This document shows, piece by piece, positions 53,520 through 62,434 of a stretch of DNA of 64,000 nucleotides. The position numbers and the translations under genes are program-made. Every line of letters begins with the position of its first letter. Positions within the stretch are counted from its first letter, which is position 1. This stretch comes from Candidatus Kapaibacterium sp. (GTDB lineage Bacteria; Bacteroidota; Ignavibacteria; Palsa-1295), in assembly GCA_038210275.1 (NCBI GenBank), contig JBBQWV010000014.1, forward strand, positions 5,930-69,929, in the 5' to 3' direction. The notes beneath the pieces were generated by a model. That model did no database searches. It saw only the letters and a program-made list of their open reading frames with translations, and was not told the DNA's origin.

Positions 53520-55061
53520 ATGTCAGTCGTACGCCCCGATGAAGTAAGCGCAATTTTGCGCCAGCAGCTAACAGGATTCGAGAAGGAAGTTGATGTCTAT
53601 GATGTCGGTACTGTCCTTCAAGTCGGTGACGGTGTTGCCAGAGTCTATGGCTTATCAAAAGTTATGGCAGGCGAATTGATCGAGTTTCCGAATAAAGTAT
53701 TCGGTATGGCGCTCAACCTTGAAGAGGATAACGTCGGAGCCGTACTCTTCGGTGATGAAACACTTGTAAAAGAAGGCGATATTGTTAAGCGTACCGGTCG
53801 TGTAGCTTCGATGCCTGTTACCGATCTCATGCTTGGCAGAGTAATTAATCCGCTCGGCGTACCAATAGATGGCGGCGCTCCGATCCCAAGTGATAAATAT
53901 TTACCGATCGAACGCAAGGCTCTCGGAGTGATGCAGCGTTCACCTGTTAATCAACCTTTACAAACCGGCATCAAAGCTATTGATGCGATGATTCCCATCG
54001 GCAGAGGTCAGCGCGAACTCATCATTGGTGACCGACAGACAGGCAAGACTGCCGTCGCACTCGATACGATCATCAATCAAAAATCTACACATACCGCAGA
54101 AGCAAAAGCGCAAGGTGTTGAGCCAGTGTATTGCATCTACGTCGCTATCGGACAAAAAGCCTCAACTGTTGCGCTCGTAAAAGCAAAGCTTGAAGAATAT
54201 GGCGCGATGGAATATACTTCCATTATTGCTGCAACTGCATCTGATCCTGCTCCGCTTCAATTTATTGCTCCGTATTGCGGGGCAACACTTGGCGAGCATT
54301 TCCGTGATAGCGGTCGCCATGCGCTGGTGATCTATGATGATCTTTCAAAGCAGGCATCGGCTTATCGCGAACTTTCACTTTTGCTCCGCCGCCCACCGGG
54401 ACGCGAAGCATATCCCGGAGACGTATTTTATTTGCATTCACGTTTGCTCGAGCGCTCTTCGAAACTCAGCGCTGAACTTGGAGGTGGATCACTCACTGCT
54501 CTTCCGATCATCGAAACTCAGGCAGGTGACGTATCGGCATATATTCCTACGAACGTGATCTCGATTACCGACGGGCAGATTTATCTTGAACCGAATCTTT
54601 TTAATTCCGGAGTTCGTCCGGCTATTAACGTTGGTATTTCCGTTTCTCGTGTAGGTGGTAATGCGCAGATCAAGGCAATGAAAAAAGTTGCCGGAACGCT
54701 GCGTCTTGATCTTGCCCAATATCGCGAACTCGAAGCATTCTCGAAGTTCGGTTCTGATCTTGATAAGGCAACACAGCAGCAGCTTACACGCGGTCAGCGT
54801 CTTGTTGAACTTTTGAAGCAGGGACAGTACGTTCCGATGCCGATCGAAGAGCAAGTTGTGATCGTCTATGCCGGTACCCAAGGATATCTTGATAAGGTCG
54901 CGATGCCGCTCATCAGGCGTTTCGAAAAAGAACTCTTGGAGTTTATGCGTCTGCGTCACAAAGATCTTCTTAAGAGTATTGCCGAGAAAAAAGAACTGAC
55001 GGCTGATATCACCACATCGCTGAAAGCGGCGTTGCAGGATTTTAACGAAAGCTTTAAGTAA
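53520..55061 (+). CDS. atpA: F0F1 ATP synthase subunit alpha
   Basis: It has Walker A GDRQTGKT, the alpha signature, and is 513 aa. Confidence 0.97.
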   Translation: MSVVRPDEVSAILRQQLTGFEKEVDVYDVGTVLQVGDGVARVYGLSKVMAGELIEFPNKVFGMALNLEEDNVGAVLFGDETLVKEGDIVKRTGRVASMPVTDLMLGRVINPLGVPIDGGAPIPSDKYLPIERKALGVMQRSPVNQPLQTGIKAIDAMIPIGRGQRELIIGDRQTGKTAVALDTIINQKSTHTAEAKAQGVEPVYCIYVAIGQKASTVALVKAKLEEYGAMEYTSIIAATASDPAPLQFIAPYCGATLGEHFRDSGRHALVIYDDLSKQASAYRELSLLLRRPPGREAYPGDVFYLHSRLLERSSKLSAELGGGSLTALPIIETQAGDVSAYIPTNVISITDGQIYLEPNLFNSGVRPAINVGISVSRVGGNAQIKAMKKVAGTLRLDLAQYRELEAFSKFGSDLDKATQQQLTRGQRLVELLKQGQYVPMPIEEQVVIVYAGTQGYLDKVAMPLIRRFEKELLEFMRLRHKDLLKSIAEKKELTADITTSLKAALQDFNESFK

Positions 55062-55182
55062 TTTTGAGTTTTAGGTTATGAGTTTTGAATATGATTATAC
55101 TCATAGCTCAAGATTCTTAAGCGTCCTCGCAACTTCTTGCAGGATAAGGGGTTCTTTAGTGCATGAGTATTATTCGCTAAAG

Positions 55183-56304
55183 ATGAAAAAATATTTTTCC
55201 ATCCCCGTATTCTTTGGTGTTCTTTGTCAATTTTGCATTTTTGCTAATTCACTGTATTCACAGCAAAAGGATTCGTCAAAGTCAATGGTATTTGTTGATT
55301 CAAAGACTTCTGAAAACTTGACGCCATCCGGACCACGTTTTGGAGGGATTGTAAGCGCCAACTTCGGAGCCTATAGCGGATTTCACGATATTGGACTTTA
55401 TAGCTCGATTCTTCAGCCAAATTTGGGAATAGAGTTTCTTGCAGAGCCCGGAGGACCGTTAGGATTTCTTATTGGAGCGCGGTTCGGGGTTTTGAGTAGC
55501 GTTACAACAGAAGTATCAGTAGGTTTGCGCGATCAGATTGCAACTCCTAACAGAGATATTAGACTCTTTGGTGATCTCAGTATAATTTTTTTCCATGATG
55601 CTGGATTCATCGGACCATACAAATATGGAGCACGTCTTGCATTCGGAGCGCGGACACTGGGAAATTTAGATATAGAATACCGGCTTGCAGGTGAGTGGAG
55701 AGGCAAGGGGTTTGATAGCATTGATGGGTATAGGTCACGAATGCTGTGGTGGGTAGGCGCAGAGGTGGGGATCGGCTTCTCGCTCTTTAGAGTATCAAAA
55801 CCACTGACCCGAAAAGATTCACTTCATGCAGCATTACAATATATTGCAAGCGGTGAAGAAATGGAAGATCTTGATTCGCAATCATCGGATGAGAGATTGG
55901 ATCGTTGGCTTGACAGATTTTGGCGGATCAGAGATCTTACGCCCGATACAAAACTAAATGAAGCGCGGATCGAATATGAGAAAAGAGTCGAAGAGGCAAA
56001 CAGAATATATTCTCATGGAAAGACTCTTGGCATACAGACCGATCCGGGAAGAGTATTAGCAATTTATGGACAGCCTGATCTTATCGATGAAGATCACTCT
56101 GCATATAACGATCAGGAAAAGTATATACTTTGGATATATTACGGAAGACTTAAAACGTTTTCTTTCGCAACATTTTTGTTTGCGAATACATCGTCAACAA
56201 ACAATTGGCAGCAAATATATTCGAATGTAGCCGGAGAACTTGGTGGGTATATTCCTGACGGACTTCCGAAAAGGTTACGAAGCAAGATAGAAAACACCCA
56301 ATAA
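55183..56304 (+). CDS. Secreted GWxTD-like domain protein (374 aa) inserted between atpA and atpG
   Basis: I trimmed the start to MKKYFSIPVFFGVLCQF, a signal peptide. The C-terminal block FWRIRDLTPDTKLNEARIEYEKRVEEANRIYSHGKTLGIQTDPGRVLAIYGQPDLI matches the GWxTD domain pattern (FWxxRDP...EYY.RV..AN..F......GWxTDRG..YI..G.PD), with W replaced by I. Confidence 0.55.
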   Translation: MKKYFSIPVFFGVLCQFCIFANSLYSQQKDSSKSMVFVDSKTSENLTPSGPRFGGIVSANFGAYSGFHDIGLYSSILQPNLGIEFLAEPGGPLGFLIGARFGVLSSVTTEVSVGLRDQIATPNRDIRLFGDLSIIFFHDAGFIGPYKYGARLAFGARTLGNLDIEYRLAGEWRGKGFDSIDGYRSRMLWWVGAEVGIGFSLFRVSKPLTRKDSLHAALQYIASGEEMEDLDSQSSDERLDRWLDRFWRIRDLTPDTKLNEARIEYEKRVEEANRIYSHGKTLGIQTDPGRVLAIYGQPDLIDEDHSAYNDQEKYILWIYYGRLKTFSFATFLFANTSSTNNWQQIYSNVAGELGGYIPDGLPKRLRSKIENTQ

Positions 56305-56337
56305 GAATTTTAGTAGAAGTTCAGAAAAAGCGAGATT

Positions 56338-57249
56338 ATGGCAACACTAAGAGAGATACGCCGACGCATTTCAAGCGTCAAAGCAACATCGAAGATCACG
56401 CAGGCAATGAAGATGGTTGCTGCTGCAAAATTGCGTCGCGCTCAAGATGCGATGATCTCTGCACGTCCGTATTCCCGTTCGCTTGATGCATTACTGAAAG
56501 ATCTTCTCGCAAGTGCCGGTGATGAAATTGCACAGTCCCCAATACTTTTCGGAAGACATCTTGAAGATCCGAAAACTGAAAAAGTCCTTCTTATAATCGT
56601 TTCAAGTGATCGTGGACTTGCCGGGGCGTTCAATGCCAATATCATAAAATTTGCTGAAGCAAGAATTCGCGAAGTATATCCTGAGCATCTTGCATCCAAA
56701 CGCCTCTCTTTAATTACTGTCGGCAGACGATGTACTGATTATTTCTCAAAAAGAGGTTATGATATTTTTGAGAAACATATCGGTATTTTTACAAAGCTTG
56801 ATTTCTCAACTGCTAAAGCAGTAGCCGATAGAGCAACAGAGCTTTTCGGAAATGCAGATTTCGATAAGATTGAGTTGATCTACAACGAATTTAAGTCTGT
56901 TATCACTCAAAAGCAAACTGCCGACAGGCTTCTCCCTGTTCTCGACCGCAGTGCTCTTGGAAAGATGCCAAAAAGAGAGGCAAGTATTGAATATATTTAC
57001 GAACCCGAACCTGCGGAAATCCTCAACGTCCTCGTTCCGCGCCAACTTGAAACTCAGGTTTGGAAATCATTGCTTGAGTCCAACGCTGCCGAACAAGGAG
57101 CAAGAATGACAGCAATGGATTCAGCGACAAAAAATGCGAAAGACCTTATCAGCGCATTGCAGCTATCCTATAACAAAGCCCGCCAAGCCGCGATCACGAA
57201 GGAAATCCTCGAGATCGTCGGAGGAGCAGAAGCCCTCACGAAGGGATAA
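56338..57249 (+). CDS. atpG: F0F1 ATP synthase subunit gamma
   Basis: MATLREIRRRISSVKATSKITQAMKMVAAAKLRRAQ is a typical gamma N-terminus, and the protein is 303 aa. Confidence 0.93.
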   Translation: MATLREIRRRISSVKATSKITQAMKMVAAAKLRRAQDAMISARPYSRSLDALLKDLLASAGDEIAQSPILFGRHLEDPKTEKVLLIIVSSDRGLAGAFNANIIKFAEARIREVYPEHLASKRLSLITVGRRCTDYFSKRGYDIFEKHIGIFTKLDFSTAKAVADRATELFGNADFDKIELIYNEFKSVITQKQTADRLLPVLDRSALGKMPKREASIEYIYEPEPAEILNVLVPRQLETQVWKSLLESNAAEQGARMTAMDSATKNAKDLISALQLSYNKARQAAITKEILEIVGGAEALTKG

Positions 57250-57362
57250 TTACCTGAACAGTGTTCGGGGGATTTGTAGGGATTCCGCAGATTATAGATT
57301 TACGTGTAACAAAACCAAAATCCCTGGGTTCTTTAAGTGAGTTCAATTCTACTTAAACAGTT

Positions 57363-58550
57363 ATGAAACACACATCTATTTTCTTTTTCGTTGTGAGCCT
57401 TCTTTTTTGCTCTAATTCGAATCTTTTCGCTCAGCAAAAACAAGTGCATATTTCTATCCCCAGTACAGGAGTTGATACCATTGATTATGGAGTAATATCA
57501 GCGATGTCCGGTGTGGAAGATTATAGTATTTGGATTCATAATCCAAAAAATGAGTCACTACAATATACGATAGGATTGCCGGATACGAATGGGTTTACGA
57601 CTGCTCCTGTACTTTGGTTTGCTGATAGCGGTTATATCGCAACAATAGCACCTAATGATTCCATTCGAGTCTATGCCATTTTGCTACCTAGTTTTTGGAA
57701 AACTACATTGTCATTGGATGGTACTTCGTTATTATGGGATGGTACTTCGGATCAAACACTCGATATTCACGTGGGAATACTAGCAAAGACATTAACGGAT
57801 TTGCCTCAAAAATGGACAGAAGTAATTCATGATATAGTTTATGTTCACATACCTCTTGACCTTGATAAAGGAATTTCTCTTTATCAAAATCAATTAGTTT
57901 GGAATTCACTCTATGGAGAAGATTCTTTGTTTTATCCGCTCAATAGTATTTTGTATTCCAACGATCAGGACTCTGAAGTGACGATTCAAAAGGTATTCAT
58001 TCCTAAGGGAAGTTGTTTCTCAATCACTGGGTACTCCGATTCAAATTTTCCTGTGACGCTCCATAAGGGTGATGTTTTTAAAGTTTATCTTTCCTTTAGT
58101 GATATTCCTGATACGATTGGATACACCGTTTTTGCAGATGCTAATGATTCAACGGTAATTGATACCGGTTATTATAATCTTATTGTTGTAATAACCGATA
58201 CAACCTATCCTGTTTCAAAAGCTAATTATAAAGGTGCACAGCCTAAAAAAGAATTGAATCAGGCTCTTGTTGATTTGCCTAAACAACATCCTGCAGATAT
58301 TTTTATCAGTAATGATCCTGTTACCGAGGGTACTCGCATTACTCTGCCGCAAGCACGAAGTGCTACAATTAAAATCATTGATCTTTTAGGTGTTACTGTA
58401 GCCCAAGCAAATGCTACAGATTGGCGCTGGAATGGAGAATCGCGTTTGAGTAGTCGCTTGACGAACGGTATCTATACAGTTGAAGCAGATGGAATATCAA
58501 ATCAGGGGAAAGCATTTCAAGCCAGTAAAAATATTATTTTGATGAGATAA
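57363..58550 (+). CDS. Secreted protein with T9SS C-terminal sorting domain (395 aa)
   Basis: It has a signal peptide, and the C-terminal ~80 aa read ATIKIIDLLGVTVAQ...LTNGIYTVEADG, which fits the T9SS CTD pattern. Confidence 0.8.
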   Translation: MKHTSIFFFVVSLLFCSNSNLFAQQKQVHISIPSTGVDTIDYGVISAMSGVEDYSIWIHNPKNESLQYTIGLPDTNGFTTAPVLWFADSGYIATIAPNDSIRVYAILLPSFWKTTLSLDGTSLLWDGTSDQTLDIHVGILAKTLTDLPQKWTEVIHDIVYVHIPLDLDKGISLYQNQLVWNSLYGEDSLFYPLNSILYSNDQDSEVTIQKVFIPKGSCFSITGYSDSNFPVTLHKGDVFKVYLSFSDIPDTIGYTVFADANDSTVIDTGYYNLIVVITDTTYPVSKANYKGAQPKKELNQALVDLPKQHPADIFISNDPVTEGTRITLPQARSATIKIIDLLGVTVAQANATDWRWNGESRLSSRLTNGIYTVEADGISNQGKAFQASKNIILMR

Positions 58551-58610
58551 AAATTCTCTGACAATCAACTATCTACCATAGACCACCAACTTCCTCCGTA
58601 TTTTTGCAGA

Positions 58611-59324
58611 ATGAATCTGCAATCGAATCTTTCTCATTTGGAAAAAAGAATTGTCGCTGCCTGTGAGCGTGTCGGACGTATGCGAGATGAACTCACTCTG
58701 ATCGCCGTTACAAAAACTCATTCGGTTGAAGCGATTCAGGAAGCTTACGATCTCGGTCTCCGTGATTTTGGGGAGAACCGCGTGCAGGAGTTATTGAAGA
58801 AAAAAGAATTCTTCGCAAATCACGAATCACGAACCTCCAACTATGATGATATCCGTTGGCATTTGATCGGTCATCTTCAATCCAACAAAGCAAAGTATAT
58901 CGCTCCATTTATTCATTGCGTCCATTCGATAGATTCGCTTGAAACTGCGAAAGAGCTTTCGAAAAGAGCAGAGCAATCATCACGGAAGATAAATACTTTA
59001 CTCGAAATAAATGTTGCAGGCGAGACGACGAAAGAAGGAATTGCAGTTTCGGAAGTACGTGAACTTTTACGTAGTATTTTTGAAGAAGCAACTTCGCTCA
59101 ATGTTGAAGGGCTTATGACTGTTGCGCCATTTTTAGATGACTCTAAACTTGTTCGCCCATATTTCCGTGAACTTCGAAAATTACGGGATGAACTCGGATT
59201 AAAAGATCTTTCGATGGGAATGACAAATGATTTTGAAGTTGCGATTGAAGAGGGAGCGACTATGATTAGGATTGGTAGCGCGCTATTCGGCGAACGGGAA
59301 TACTTACTAACGGCTAATAACTAA
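58611..59324 (+). CDS. yggS: YggS-family pyridoxal-phosphate homeostasis protein (PLPHP)
   Basis: LIAVTKTHSVEAIQEAYDLGLRDFGENRVQEL...WHLIGHLQSNKAKY. The 3' end runs into a family-2 repeat fragment (CTAACGGCTAATAACTAACGACTG). Confidence 0.88.
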   Translation: MNLQSNLSHLEKRIVAACERVGRMRDELTLIAVTKTHSVEAIQEAYDLGLRDFGENRVQELLKKKEFFANHESRTSNYDDIRWHLIGHLQSNKAKYIAPFIHCVHSIDSLETAKELSKRAEQSSRKINTLLEINVAGETTKEGIAVSEVRELLRSIFEEATSLNVEGLMTVAPFLDDSKLVRPYFRELRKLRDELGLKDLSMGMTNDFEVAIEEGATMIRIGSALFGEREYLLTANN

Positions 59325-59335
59325 CGACTGAACTC

Positions 59336-59788
59336 ATGCTAACTGCACTTGACATTAAGAAAAAAGAATTCGAACAAAAAATGCGCGGCTACGACGTTGA
59401 CGAAGTCCGCAAATTTTTGGATGATGTTTCCAAGGAATTCGAACTGCTCATCCGCGATGAAATTTCGATAGAGGATGAACTCGAAGATACAAAGAAAAAG
59501 CTTGTGCATTACCAAAGTTTGGAGAGCATTCTTGAGAAAACTCTTCTTGCCGCGCAGCAAACTGCCATGAAGATCGAAGAACAAGCAAAAAAAGAAGCAG
59601 AGCTTATCCTTTCTGAAGCTCGGATTGAACGCGATAAAATGCTCCGAGATATTCCCATGGAGATCGAACGAGCCAGAGGCGAGACGATCCGTTTAAAAGC
59701 AGAATACGAATCAACGCTGACAAGAATGAGATCATTAATGGAAGGCTTTAAGAAGTTTGTTGATGTTATGACAGAAGAGGGGAAATAG
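59336..59788 (+). CDS. DivIVA-domain protein
   Basis: MLTALDIKKKEFEQKMRGYDVDEVRKFLDDV is the DivIVA N-terminal domain, and a coiled coil follows. Confidence 0.85.
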   Translation: MLTALDIKKKEFEQKMRGYDVDEVRKFLDDVSKEFELLIRDEISIEDELEDTKKKLVHYQSLESILEKTLLAAQQTAMKIEEQAKKEAELILSEARIERDKMLRDIPMEIERARGETIRLKAEYESTLTRMRSLMEGFKKFVDVMTEEGK

Positions 59789-59791
59789 ATA

Positions 59792-60268
59792 ATGAAAGGT
59801 GGTTTGATTTTTTCAACCATGATGATGCTTCTCGTTGTCGTCGGATGTTCGAAGACAGATACGGTCATCGTTTATAGAGATGTCGATCCTCTGTTGGATT
59901 CATCTGCAACTGTCACTGTCGGAAGAGTAATTGATGGCGATACGTTTGTTGTTGGTTTTGGCAATGATTCTATTTCTGTTCGAATTCTTGGAATAGATGC
60001 CTTTGAAATTAAACATGATGTGCGGCTGGATTCCCAGGCAGTGAAAGCGCATATCTCAATTGATTCAGCTTACGCCCTAGGTCAGGCGGGGAAACGGTTC
60101 GCCGACTCGCTTTTGAATAAACAAAAAGTCTTAATTGTCAGAGATTATAAAGAATCGAACTTCGATTCGTTCAGCCGTTTGCTTCGTCATGTCTATTTTT
60201 ATGATGGCGCCCAATCAATTGATTTCGCTTCACTGATGCTGAAGAAAGGTTTTGCATTTGTTTTATAA
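59792..60268 (+). CDS. Thermonuclease (SNase-like) family lipoprotein
   Basis: It has the SNase core (GRVIDGDTFVV...RILGIDAFE...RLLRHVY) and a lipobox (VVVGC). Confidence 0.8.
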   Translation: MKGGLIFSTMMMLLVVVGCSKTDTVIVYRDVDPLLDSSATVTVGRVIDGDTFVVGFGNDSISVRILGIDAFEIKHDVRLDSQAVKAHISIDSAYALGQAGKRFADSLLNKQKVLIVRDYKESNFDSFSRLLRHVYFYDGAQSIDFASLMLKKGFAFVL

Positions 60269-60282
60269 ATTTAAAGACCATT

Positions 60283-60888
60283 ATGAGAACCATATTATTC
60301 CTGCTCGTATTCTTTTTTTTACCGTTAGGTATTCATGCACAAACAGATGAATCCTCTTCTACCGAAAGCCTTTCTGCAAATAAGAAAGACGGGAAATATG
60401 GATACGTTGACGAGGATGGCAACGTAAAGATACCTTATCAATTTAAATCGGCGGGACGTTTTCACTCCGGATTTGCCGCAGTATCGAATGAAGAGTCGAA
60501 GTACGGATTTATTGATTCAAAAGGCAAGGTAGTCGTTCCGTTCCAATACGAGTATGCATCTTCAATGAATGATGGTTTGCCTGAAACCCCCGGAAAAGGA
60601 GTGGCGATCGTGCGACTTCATGAAAATTTTGGACTTATCAATGAGCAGGGAAAAATACTTTTTCCATTTGAACTTGACGGAAGTAATATCTATCTTATCA
60701 TTGGTTTTACAGAAGGTTTATATCGCTGCAAGAAAGATGGTAAGTGGGGATATATCACTCCTGAAGGTAAAGTGGCAATCCCATTTCAATATTCGGGTTG
60801 TGACAAATTTCATGACGGGAAAGCGATGGTCGAACAAGACGGAAAATATTTCTGGATCGATCATACGGGCGAAGAGGTAAAAAAGTAA
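60283..60888 (+). CDS. WG (KWG) repeat-containing secreted protein
   Basis: It has repeated KYGYVDEDGNVKIPYQF, KYGFIDSKGKVVVPFQYEYA and KWGYITPEGKVAIPFQY motifs. Confidence 0.8.
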   Translation: MRTILFLLVFFFLPLGIHAQTDESSSTESLSANKKDGKYGYVDEDGNVKIPYQFKSAGRFHSGFAAVSNEESKYGFIDSKGKVVVPFQYEYASSMNDGLPETPGKGVAIVRLHENFGLINEQGKILFPFELDGSNIYLIIGFTEGLYRCKKDGKWGYITPEGKVAIPFQYSGCDKFHDGKAMVEQDGKYFWIDHTGEEVKK

Positions 60889-60986
60889 TGATTTCATTCG
60901 TGGAATTGTGAGAGGGGTAATTTTTTTTCGTATATTCGTAGTGCATTATTCATCACTTTTCATCATTCATCAATCATCTTAACCTT

Positions 60987-61640
60987 ATGCACAATACTTC
61001 ACTTACCAAATGGCATAGAACAAGTCTATTCCTATGCACTGTATTTTCTTTAATTGTTATGGTTGCAGCCATAGGCTGTAAGAAAGCGGGCGACGCTACA
61101 AAAACAGACGTATCGAAAGACAGCACTGCAAAAGTAGCACCATCACTTGCCGAGCGTGGAAAATATCTTGTGACAATTGCAAGTTGCAACGATTGCCATA
61201 CCCCTATGAAGATGGGACCAAAGGGACCGGAGCCGGATTTCTCGCGGATGCTTTCCGGACATCCATCAGATATGAAGATGCCTCCTCCGCCAAAGATGGG
61301 AATGCCATGGATGGCAGCAGCTGGTGCAACAATGACAGCATGGGCGGGTCCGTGGGGAATATCATATACAAAAAATCTAACGCCTGACTCTGCAACCGGT
61401 TTGGGTAAATGGGATGAAACAACGTTCTTGCTTTCTATCCGAAACGGAAAACATATCGGTACTGGACGTGATATTTTGCCCCCAATGCCTTGGCAATACA
61501 TTAGTAAAATGACTGATGAAGATCTGAAATCAGTCTATGCTTATCTGCGAACAATTCCAGCCATTCACAATGAAGTGCCGGAACCAGTCATTGCACCTCC
61601 GCCTCCGATGGCAGGTGGTGGTGATATGAAGAAAAAATAA
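60987..61640 (+). CDS. Exported c-type cytochrome (single CxxCH) with Met-rich segment
   Basis: It has a signal peptide with Cys and a heme-binding motif CNDCH. The Met/Pro-rich stretch MKMPPPPKMGMPWMAAAGATMTAW could be a sixth ligand or a Cu/Ag-binding-like motif. Confidence 0.7.
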   Translation: MHNTSLTKWHRTSLFLCTVFSLIVMVAAIGCKKAGDATKTDVSKDSTAKVAPSLAERGKYLVTIASCNDCHTPMKMGPKGPEPDFSRMLSGHPSDMKMPPPPKMGMPWMAAAGATMTAWAGPWGISYTKNLTPDSATGLGKWDETTFLLSIRNGKHIGTGRDILPPMPWQYISKMTDEDLKSVYAYLRTIPAIHNEVPEPVIAPPPPMAGGGDMKKK

Positions 61641-61775
61641 TTTCAGTTTCTCTCATTGGATATAAAGAGTGGCATTACATTTCGAGTGATGCTGCTCTTT
61701 TGTTATATTGGGTTTTGCAACGCAAATAGCTTCCGAAATTGTTAATCCTCTACTCATTTTTTAAGATCAAAAAGT

Positions 61776-62423
61776 ATGAAAGTAGGAATACTCGGAACAG
61801 GGGATGTAGGTAAAGCTCTTGCAAAAGGTTTTGCAGGAATCGGGTATGAAGTGATGATTGGTTCTCGTGATGCCAATGGAGAGAAAGTGCAGGCGATCAT
61901 AAAAGAAGTCGGTGCGAAAACTTCGGCAGGGACATTCGCTGATGCGGCACAGTTCTGTGATCTTGCCGTCATCAGTACGCTTTGGTCAGGAACTGAGAAT
62001 GCAATTAAGCTAGCAGGTGCAGAAAACTTAGCAGGAAAAATTGTTATTGATACAACCAATCCACTTGATTTCAGCAAGGGAATGCCCCCACATTTGGCAA
62101 TCGGGCATACCGATTCAGCCGGCGAGCAAATACAAAGCTGGCTTCCTGATTCAAAAGTTGTGAAAGCATTTAATATTGTTGGCAATACGGATATGGTCAA
62201 TCCCGATTTTCCCGGTGGAGCACCTGATATGTTTATTTGCGGAAATGATGGCGATGCGAAAAAGAAAGTAACAGAAATTCTTGGTGCTTTTGGGTGGAGT
62301 TCCGTAGTTGATATCGGTAGTATGGAAGGTGCAAGATTACTTGAACCACTTTGCATTCTTTGGGTGCTATACGGAGTTCAGTCAGGTGGATGGAGACATG
62401 CATTCAAGATGCTAAAAAAATAA
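61776..62423 (+). CDS. NADP oxidoreductase, coenzyme F420-dependent family (NAD(P)-binding Rossmann protein, Npd-like)
   Basis: MKVGILGTGDVGKALAKGFAGIGYEVMIGSRD is a Rossmann GxGxxG motif, and the protein is 215 aa. Confidence 0.75.
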   Translation: MKVGILGTGDVGKALAKGFAGIGYEVMIGSRDANGEKVQAIIKEVGAKTSAGTFADAAQFCDLAVISTLWSGTENAIKLAGAENLAGKIVIDTTNPLDFSKGMPPHLAIGHTDSAGEQIQSWLPDSKVVKAFNIVGNTDMVNPDFPGGAPDMFICGNDGDAKKKVTEILGAFGWSSVVDIGSMEGARLLEPLCILWVLYGVQSGGWRHAFKMLKK

Positions 62424-62434
62424 ACTATAATTTG

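Noticed and set aside
55078-55182. Upstream 35 codons of the GWxTD-like gene (MSFEYDYTHSSRFLSVLATSCRIRGSLVHEYYSLK).
   Set aside because: They overlap the atpA stop region and have no signal peptide. The internal ATG at 55183 begins a typical signal peptide (MKKYFSIPVFFGVLCQF), so I trimmed the start.
61754-62356. 200-aa minus-strand ORF overlapping the F420/NADP oxidoreductase-like gene.
   Set aside because: The plus-strand frame has a clear Rossmann GxGxxG N-terminus and a consistent domain. The minus-strand product is low-complexity Ser/Pro/Ala, so it is a shadow ORF.
62351-62434. Upstream 28 codons of hemB, overlapping the preceding oxidoreductase gene.
   Set aside because: They overlap the 3' end of the upstream CDS in another frame. 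The conserved HemB N-terminus (RTRRTRMTE...) follows the internal ATG at 62435.
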